A stretch of DNA of 32,000 bases from Candidatus Nanoclepta minutus (GTDB lineage Archaea > Nanobdellota > Nanobdellia > Nanobdellales > Nanobdellaceae), in assembly GCA_003568775.1 (NCBI GenBank), contig MWMI01000001.1:30001-62000 (forward strand). Direction: 5' to 3'. How positions within the stretch are numbered: position 1 is the stretch's first letter; each line of letters starts with the position of its first letter. This document shows, piece by piece, positions 24,945 to 31,269 of the stretch. A program made the translations under genes and the position numbers. The notes under the pieces are model-generated. The model saw only the letters and a program-made list of their open reading frames with translations, was not told the DNA's origin and did not search any database.

Positions 24945-26882
24945 TTATATCCTTTCTACTGTATCTATCTTTAATATGTAAAATAGCTTTTCTAATACGA
25001 TTTTTGTTAAGAGTACTAGGAATATTCTGTGGGGATACTCATCCATTTTCGGTATTATTGGTATGTTTTGATAAAACTCATTGAAAATTCTTGCTAGATC
25101 TATAGAATATTTTGCCAATTTATTGATCTCAAGATTTTTATATGTTTCAATTAGTATATCTTTAAACATGAATAGATTCTTTAACAGTTTCCTTTCAATA
25201 TCAGTTATTTCCTTTATTTCATTTCTCTTCATTATTTCTTCCTCACTTAATCCGGATTTTTTAATTAAGGTATTTATTCTTGCATAGGTATACATCAGGT
25301 ATAGGGCGTTTCCCTCTTCTATGTTAGTCATTCTATCTAAATCAAATACAACTACGCTGTTTGGATCATATTTAAGTATTTCAAAACATATTGTACTTCT
25401 AGCTATCTTGAATGCTAGTTCATCAGTTTTATCCAACACTCCCCTATCCAAAAGTTTTTTTCTCGAAATTTCAGTAGCTTTTTCTAACAAATTGTCAGAA
25501 TTTATAAAGATACCTTTCCTTCCAGACATTTTAACTATATCTTTTTCTTCAGAAACCCCAAACATCTTAGTAGTCTCTTTAGACAGCATAACTAGGTTAT
25601 ATCTATAATGTACATACTTTTTGTTTGGAAAGAGCTCTTCTATTATTTTCTTTATTATTAGCTGTAAATAGGATTGTTCAGATCCAATTACGTTAATTGA
25701 TATATCACAATCGTTAAACTTTCTCTCCAAAGTTCTTCCGTTTACATCGGTCTCATACAAAACTTTTCCATTTGGTTGCTTAATGAACTCTGAATATTCG
25801 AATTCGGCATCTATTATGTTAAGTTTCCAGAACGCATATGCTATGTCCTTTGCCAAATATACTACAGTCCCGTCAGATCTTATCAATACCTTTTTCTTAT
25901 CTTCATATCCATCGAATTCCTTCCATCTAGATAGATCTATAACGTAGGTTCCTCTTTTATCTCCTTCCCTCTCGTATTCTATTAAGCCCCTCTCCTTTAG
26001 TATCTTAAAGGTCTTTTCCCATGAACCCTGATGTATTATATCGGATTCCTTGTTCAATAGATCATAATATATATCAAAGTTCCAGAGTGTTTTTAACTGT
26101 TCTATTAAGACCCTTCTAACTACTTCTTTAGATAAATAAAATACCTCATTGTTGCCTTCCTCTATTTTCTTTAGTATCTCCCTTCTATAGTTCTCAAGGT
26201 TTGGGAAGATTTCATATAACCTATTTACTATCACATATACGAAATCTCCACAGTAATGATCGAATTTTTTTGGGATCCTATATCCATATATCATCTCTAA
26301 GCTATTCATCCTCTCTTCTATAATTTCTATAGCTTTTTCATATGCTTTTTCGTCATTCAAGAAGTTAGATATCTTTTTAGATACTTCCTTTAAATCGAAT
26401 TTATTTGGATCTAATGGAAAACCCAAATAATAAAAGCCTAAAACTACATCTGCAACTTGGGATCCCGTATCGTCTATATAGTTTAGAACCGTAACTTTAT
26501 GACCCAATAAATTGAACAATCTGTACAGGGAATCTCCTAGAATAGAGTTTCTAAGATGGCCAATGTGTAGGGCTTTATTGGGGTTAACGGAAGTATGCTC
26601 AATCAATATTTTTTCCTTTTTTATATCGGAAAAATCCAATAATTTATAGTAATTTTTGATTATTTCATTAAAATTTAACCTTATATTCATATACCCATTT
26701 ACAACTTCATATTTTTCTATATAATTCCCTATCCTATCACAGATTTCTTTAGTAATCTCTTCAATTTTTTTACCTTTTTTTAATTCTTTAAATAATTTGA
26801 TAGAAATATCGTATGGGCTATCTTTTGGAGGATCAGAAAAGGATACATCGAGATCTTCTAATTGTTTTTTTAGGATCCACAT
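24945..26882 (-). CDS. argS: arginyl-tRNA synthetase
   Basis: HIGH region EHTSVNPNKALHIGHLRNSILGD, the MSGRKG variant of KMSKS, and a C-terminal DALR-type anticodon-binding region. 645 aa. Its stop lies 2 nt from the tRNA-Ile 3' end (convergent). Confidence 0.92.
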   Translation of the reverse strand: MWILKKQLEDLDVSFSDPPKDSPYDISIKLFKELKKGKKIEEITKEICDRIGNYIEKYEVVNGYMNIRLNFNEIIKNYYKLLDFSDIKKEKILIEHTSVNPNKALHIGHLRNSILGDSLYRLFNLLGHKVTVLNYIDDTGSQVADVVLGFYYLGFPLDPNKFDLKEVSKKISNFLNDEKAYEKAIEIIEERMNSLEMIYGYRIPKKFDHYCGDFVYVIVNRLYEIFPNLENYRREILKKIEEGNNEVFYLSKEVVRRVLIEQLKTLWNFDIYYDLLNKESDIIHQGSWEKTFKILKERGLIEYEREGDKRGTYVIDLSRWKEFDGYEDKKKVLIRSDGTVVYLAKDIAYAFWKLNIIDAEFEYSEFIKQPNGKVLYETDVNGRTLERKFNDCDISINVIGSEQSYLQLIIKKIIEELFPNKKYVHYRYNLVMLSKETTKMFGVSEEKDIVKMSGRKGIFINSDNLLEKATEISRKKLLDRGVLDKTDELAFKIARSTICFEILKYDPNSVVVFDLDRMTNIEEGNALYLMYTYARINTLIKKSGLSEEEIMKRNEIKEITDIERKLLKNLFMFKDILIETYKNLEINKLAKYSIDLARIFNEFYQNIPIIPKMDEYPHRIFLVLLTKIVLEKLFYILKIDTVERI

Positions 26883-26890
26883 AAAATAAC

Positions 26891-26898
26891 TTTTTAAG
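26891..26898 (+). promoter_or_regulatory. TATA-box-like element for the pilin-like operon
   Basis: TTTTTAAG is centred about 28 nt upstream of ATG 26922, consistent with a leaderless or short-leader transcript. The whole argS/operon spacer is only 39 nt. Confidence 0.35.
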
Positions 26899-26921
26899 TT
26901 AAAAGATTTTAAATAATTCTT

Positions 26922-27128
26922 ATGAAAAAATCAGTTGAAATAGCTTTGGGTACGATAGTGCTTCTAATTGTAGCCCTAATAGTTTTAGTATCTATCATCT
27001 GGCTATATTATTTTGTTTATTCTAGCTCTTCTAGAGGAACATTAAACATAGGAAATGTAGTTGTAAATCAGACTAATCAAACAACCGAAATTTTAAAGAA
27101 TATAACAAACATAAGCATTCCGAAATGA
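26922..27128 (+). CDS. operon gene A: small prepilin-signal-like protein (helix plus glycosylation-sequon tail), unknown family
   Basis: 68 aa. MKKS then the hydrophobic helix VEIALGTIVLLIVALIVLVSIIWLYYFV, then a tail with four N-x-S/T sequons (NQT, NQT, NIT, NIS). First gene of the block. Confidence 0.6.
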   Translation: MKKSVEIALGTIVLLIVALIVLVSIIWLYYFVYSSSSRGTLNIGNVVVNQTNQTTEILKNITNISIPK

Positions 27129-27129
27129 T

Positions 27130-27543
27130 ATGAGGAGTATTTCTACGAGTATTATTGTAGTTTTGATCATTACCTTATTAGTTTTGATAAGTCTAATCGT
27201 CTATTTTTACAGTATATATTCTTCATATAGGGAGAGCAGCGAAAGTATTTCTTCATCAACGAACGAAAGTATGAACGAGTATCTCCTTAGGATGGAATGT
27301 ATAAATAAAAATATCTTCTATATTCAAAAGAAAGTAGAAGAGAGCGTTCTAAGTGGTTATTGCTCATATAATGTTGAAGTAGCTTGTAAGGATATATTTA
27401 TGAAGGACAAAGAACCTTACTATAATTGTACAGTAACTTGTATGGCAAGGACAGGTGCAAATGATTACTCAAGCATTATTTGTACTGTTGAATATAATTG
27501 TAAGAGCGATAAAGTTACAGATATAAAGTGTAAAATAAAGTAA
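27130..27543 (+). CDS. operon gene B: prepilin-signal-like, Cys-rich secreted/surface protein, unknown family
   Basis: 137 aa. The N-terminus MRS-ISTSIIVVLIITLLVLISLIVYFY parallels MRG-ISISDIV of gene J. There is a Ser-rich linker, then a globular part with 8 Cys. It starts 1 nt after the stop of A. Confidence 0.7.
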   Translation: MRSISTSIIVVLIITLLVLISLIVYFYSIYSSYRESSESISSSTNESMNEYLLRMECINKNIFYIQKKVEESVLSGYCSYNVEVACKDIFMKDKEPYYNCTVTCMARTGANDYSSIICTVEYNCKSDKVTDIKCKIK

Positions 27544-27549
27544 ATAAAA

Positions 27550-27717
27550 ATGAAGAAGAGATCTATTGCTATTGAAACGGTAGCATTTATTATCTTATCT
27601 TTGTTAGTCTTAATAGTTGGGATAATAATAGTTTATGGACTCTACAATACGAGTAGATATAATATACAGAAGCTTAACGAAACTTATAACAAGACCTACG
27701 AGGGAATTAACAAATAA
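27550..27717 (+). CDS. operon gene C: 55-aa prepilin-signal-like miniprotein (not in ORF track)
   Basis: Own translation gives MKKRSIAIETVAFIILSLLVLIVGIIIVYGLYNTSRYNIQKLNETYNKTYEGINK*. Its first 14 nt are identical to gene E. The tail has three sequons (NTS, NET, NKT). Its stop overlaps the ATG of D (TAATG). Confidence 0.55.
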   Translation: MKKRSIAIETVAFIILSLLVLIVGIIIVYGLYNTSRYNIQKLNETYNKTYEGINK

Positions 27718-27818
27718 TGGAGTTTACGGAGATACTTAAGATAATTCTATACGTTATCTTATTTGTTATAGGGGTATCAGCGATATTGTTTATAATTGGA
27801 AACGTTCTTAATATATAA
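27717..27818 (+). CDS. operon gene D: 33-aa single-helix microprotein (not in ORF track), paralog of F
   Basis: Own translation gives MEFTEILKIILYVILFVIGVSAILFIIGNVLNI*. Its N-terminus and junction sequence are duplicated at 28952-28983. Confidence 0.5.
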   Translation: MEFTEILKIILYVILFVIGVSAILFIIGNVLNI

Positions 27819-27821
27819 GAT

Positions 27822-28958
27822 ATGAAGAAGAGATCAGTAAGCTATGGAACTATTTTGGGCATTCTATTAGCTGTAATAGTATTTGTTTTTATAATAATAG
27901 TCTCAAGAAACATTTTCTATTCAGCTAACTACGCTGGTAGATGGGAATGCAAGTTTGCATATGCAATTTCTTCACCTTTAGGTTTGTTTAGCCAGGAAAG
28001 TGCAGTTGTACAACAGGCAGGAAATTGGATAGTAGCTGGAGTAATTTTAGGTACTGCTGCTACTCTTGCGGTGGGTACTTTAATTACGAAAAAATATGAT
28101 GTGAAAGGTATAAATTATGTTAGAGTTGAATCTGTTTCTTATAGCTCTTTTTGGACTTATTTTGAACGTTATACTTTAAAGGAAGCATTTTTAAAAACGG
28201 TAAAAAAGGTTTTTACCAATCAAAAGTTCTTAAAAGGGCTTGCAGCATCTGCTGCAGCTTCAGGGCTTTTGTATGGTTTAGCTTCAGCCTCTAATTCTAT
28301 TGCAGAGAATATGCAAAAACCTATACTAGAAGGTTTATGTAAACCAAAGTTTGAAGGATATATCGATACGAATGATCTTGAAAATCAAAATATTCTAGAT
28401 GAATGTATTACTAAGAACTTGAAAAGGGATATTTACAACATCAGTAAAGTAGAGTTCCTAAATAGTCTAGACAGTAGTAATAAAAAGCTTGCATGTGTCC
28501 TATATGAAATTTCTAAATTGGTTGTAAATACTTATGGGGAGACTATTGGAGCGAATGTTAAGGTCGGATACGGAAGAGTCCATTATGTCTTGTTCATTAA
28601 TTATTCTTTGGATAAGTATATATATCTATCGGATTTGATCGCAATGTTAGATTTATTGGGAATAAATTCCAATAAATCGTATTACGATATAATATATGAA
28701 AAAAGCTCAGCATTTGCTAAGGGAGAAGGAGATTTCTATAGGGCCTATAATAACTTCATATCCCAGAAGTTTAATAAAAAGATCTATATAAGTGATAAAG
28801 GATTACCAAAGATAGTTGTTTCTTGTATTAAAATAAGTGATAGTAATGTTGGAACATGTGGGAATGATGATACTATAATACTTGCTGATAAGGGATTATA
28901 TGGTATCTATATATTCTATGATGGCCAAGGAAGCATATTAATAAATTCCATCAAATAA
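27822..28958 (+). CDS. operon gene E: large prepilin-signal-like membrane/surface protein, unknown family
   Basis: 378 aa. MKKRS-VSYGTILGILLAVIVFVFIIIV, then two further Gly/Ala-rich hydrophobic segments (NWIVAGVILGTAATLAVGTLI; LAASAAASGLLYGLASA), 6 Cys, and a C-terminal Cys-loop plus YDG motif shared with H. Confidence 0.8.
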   Translation: MKKRSVSYGTILGILLAVIVFVFIIIVSRNIFYSANYAGRWECKFAYAISSPLGLFSQESAVVQQAGNWIVAGVILGTAATLAVGTLITKKYDVKGINYVRVESVSYSSFWTYFERYTLKEAFLKTVKKVFTNQKFLKGLAASAAASGLLYGLASASNSIAENMQKPILEGLCKPKFEGYIDTNDLENQNILDECITKNLKRDIYNISKVEFLNSLDSSNKKLACVLYEISKLVVNTYGETIGANVKVGYGRVHYVLFINYSLDKYIYLSDLIAMLDLLGINSNKSYYDIIYEKSSAFAKGEGDFYRAYNNFISQKFNKKIYISDKGLPKIVVSCIKISDSNVGTCGNDDTIILADKGLYGIYIFYDGQGSILINSIK

Positions 28959-29092
28959 TGGAGTTTTCGGAGTTTCTTAAGATCCTGGTTGCGATCTTAA
29001 TATTCATATTGGTTTTAGTATTCGTTATGATCTATGTGGCTCCAAACATTAGTATGGGCCTAGAAAAGATAAAGGAATCACAATGGCCGTAG
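28958..29092 (+). CDS. operon gene F: 44-aa single-helix microprotein (not in ORF track), paralog of D
   Basis: Own translation gives MEFSEFLKILVAILIFILVLVFVMIYVAPNISMGLEKIKESQWP*. Its ATG overlaps the stop of E (TAATG). Confidence 0.5.
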   Translation: MEFSEFLKILVAILIFILVLVFVMIYVAPNISMGLEKIKESQWP

Positions 29093-29412
29093 AGCGTGCT
29101 ATTGTAATAATCATCCTTTCATTTATAGGCCTAATAATAGTCTTATTCCTTATACTATACTTCTATAATTATCCAAGGAAGTATGCAGATTACTTTAATC
29201 TAACAAAACAGATAGAAAAAATATCTATCTTACCTTTTACCTTATATAAGAGGAAGAGAGGAGATACTATGTCATTCTTTATATTTTTAATATTAGCGAT
29301 AGTAGTAATAATTGCAGTAACATTGCTGTATTTTCTGTCCTATAAAGAAATAATTTCTATAGATGTTGGAAACAAGACTGAAGAGCTATTGAACATAACG
29401 GAAAGAACATGA
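29083..29412 (+). CDS. operon gene G: two-helix small membrane protein (possibly two helix-plus-tail units)
   Basis: 109 aa. Helix 1 is AIVIIILSFIGLIIVLFLILYFY, followed by a basic KRKRG. An internal ATG at 29269, preceded by GAGGAG, starts MSFFIFLILAIVVIIAVTLLYFL with a sequon tail (NKT, NIT). It overlaps F by 10 nt and H by 4 nt. Confidence 0.6.
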   Translation: MAVERAIVIIILSFIGLIIVLFLILYFYNYPRKYADYFNLTKQIEKISILPFTLYKRKRGDTMSFFIFLILAIVVIIAVTLLYFLSYKEIISIDVGNKTEELLNITERT

Positions 29413-30203
29413 AGGGGGTTATTGGTATTTTAATGAAAGTATTGTTTGAGATCATAGTTTTTATAATCATTATAATGCTGATAATTTATTCTATAAATGC
29501 CTTTGCTCTTTTATCTAATCTTGAGGATAAAAAATATATAAGCTTAGTTAGCTTTATTGAAAGTAACATAAAAGAATCTGGATCAAAGGTTTGGGAAGAT
29601 ACCGTTACATATAATCCATTTGTCTATACCCTTTACTTTAACTTTACAGACGGAAGAATATACCTATATAAATGTGATGTTGTTGAACAGAAGATGGTCT
29701 TTTACAATATTACACAAGATACAATGATAAAAGATTTGGAGAATAGCAACTGCTATCCTATTTATGTAAGTAGAGAAGTTTTAGATGACAAAGTAACAGT
29801 AAGGATAGAGGGAGGTTCTTTGATGGAATTAGAAAACAAGAGAAGTTTATATGTAAGTCTATATAATCTAAAATACTCGGAGGAAACTACTATAGTGAAT
29901 TATGGTGGGACGGAATCTACAATAGTAACTGTCTATGGGGCGAATATAAAGGATATTAGTACTAGCTTTACGATAAGCCAGAGAAGCATAATAAAAGATA
30001 CGTCCTCCTATTTGTTTGGATTAGGAGACAAAATATGGAAGGGTGCTATAGTTTCTTCGGATTGTAGTATGTATTCGGGATATGTTAGATGTATGCTTGA
30101 TTATAAATACCTGATTAATCAAGGTTTTCTATTTCCTGTAAAGCTAACTGTTATTGTTAATTATGATGGAGAAAGGTCTGAAGTAGTCCTAAAGGCAAAA
30201 TAG
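29409..30203 (+). CDS. operon gene H: prepilin-signal-like surface protein, unknown family
   Basis: 264 aa. MKG-VIGILMKVLFEIIVFIIIIMLIIY, then a beta-strand-rich-looking body with 4 Cys and a C-terminal Cys-loop plus NYDGERSEVVLKAK motif shared with E. Confidence 0.8.
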   Translation: MKGVIGILMKVLFEIIVFIIIIMLIIYSINAFALLSNLEDKKYISLVSFIESNIKESGSKVWEDTVTYNPFVYTLYFNFTDGRIYLYKCDVVEQKMVFYNITQDTMIKDLENSNCYPIYVSREVLDDKVTVRIEGGSLMELENKRSLYVSLYNLKYSEETTIVNYGGTESTIVTVYGANIKDISTSFTISQRSIIKDTSSYLFGLGDKIWKGAIVSSDCSMYSGYVRCMLDYKYLINQGFLFPVKLTVIVNYDGERSEVVLKAK

Positions 30204-30234
30204 TTTTTCATAACATAAATAATCAATATATATA

Positions 30235-31269
30235 ATGGACATTGGGGAAATGTTAAACATCCTATTGGCCGTATTTGTTATACTAATATCAATATTTTTG
30301 GCATTAGAACTGCCCTATTTATCCTTGAAATATTCTACTAATTCAAATCCCTTTGCTATATATCATGTTGCAGTTTCTTTAGACTATTTTTCTTCCTTTC
30401 CTGGAAACTTTTATGTAAAAATAGATTATCCAGGTATAGAAAATGTAGAATTTAGGATATCCAGTTATAAAATACAAAATAATTTAATTACTGGAAATTC
30501 ATATGTTTCTGAAGGTATTTGTAATATAAAGAATCATCTTGAAGATATAGCCTTCGATATTATTACATCTGTAATGTTTGCATTTTCTCCAATTAAATTA
30601 GAAGGAGAAGGGGCGGTAAAATCTGCTACAGAAGCTATTATAAAGACCTTGATTGAAGCTAGTAGAGTTTATGCTATTGGTGAAATACTTTCTCTTGGAT
30701 TTACAGCTTTTGGTTATATAGCTTCCGGTAACTTTATGGATGCTTTTAGGAACTTTGTCTTAAGGGTTAATAGAGACAGTATCGGATATTTTAGGGATAT
30801 TGTAATTGAAAAAGGTACTCAATTTACGGAGACTGCTGGTAGGATGATTGTTTCTACTGTTATAAGGCTAATATTGAAATCCCTTAACGTAATGGGACCA
30901 TGGGGATGGGTTATTTCCTTTACGGCTAATCTAGCTATAAGTTTAGCCGATAACGTATATAGCCTGGTAAGGGGGAATTCGGATGTAGAATACAACTGTT
31001 TAAAGGGTATTGTTGGAACAACGCAATACGTTTACGTAGAATTTAATAGGATAGACTTCTCTCAAAACCTTTATGTACCAATAGAATTCCAATATGTTAT
31101 TAAGGATGATCTGGTTTTAAGTAGAGTTGAAGGAGGTTGGTTGTATAAAGTTTATACAATGGACGAAAGTACAGATAAATATTATATACTAAATTACTTT
31201 GAGATCTCTAAGGATAGGGAAAGGATATTCGTTAGGCCAATTTATTCTGAAATAGCTAAAAGTAAATGA
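30235..31269 (+). CDS. operon gene I: N-terminally anchored membrane protein with internal Gly/Ala-rich hydrophobic segments, unknown family
   Basis: 344 aa. MDIGEMLNILLAVFVILISIFLALEL, then later hydrophobic stretches (VYAIGEILSLGFTAFGYIASG; VMGPWGWVISFTANLAISLA). 2 Cys. Confidence 0.8.
   Translation: MDIGEMLNILLAVFVILISIFLALELPYLSLKYSTNSNPFAIYHVAVSLDYFSSFPGNFYVKIDYPGIENVEFRISSYKIQNNLITGNSYVSEGICNIKNHLEDIAFDIITSVMFAFSPIKLEGEGAVKSATEAIIKTLIEASRVYAIGEILSLGFTAFGYIASGNFMDAFRNFVLRVNRDSIGYFRDIVIEKGTQFTETAGRMIVSTVIRLILKSLNVMGPWGWVISFTANLAISLADNVYSLVRGNSDVEYNCLKGIVGTTQYVYVEFNRIDFSQNLYVPIEFQYVIKDDLVLSRVEGGWLYKVYTMDESTDKYYILNYFEISKDRERIFVRPIYSEIAKSK

Noticed and set aside
29083-29092. The 10-nt F/G overlap considered as a sign of a frameshifted pseudogene.
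   Set aside because: Both ORFs have their own ATG in different frames and encode complete helix-containing products. Overlaps of 1-11 nt are common between intact genes throughout this window.
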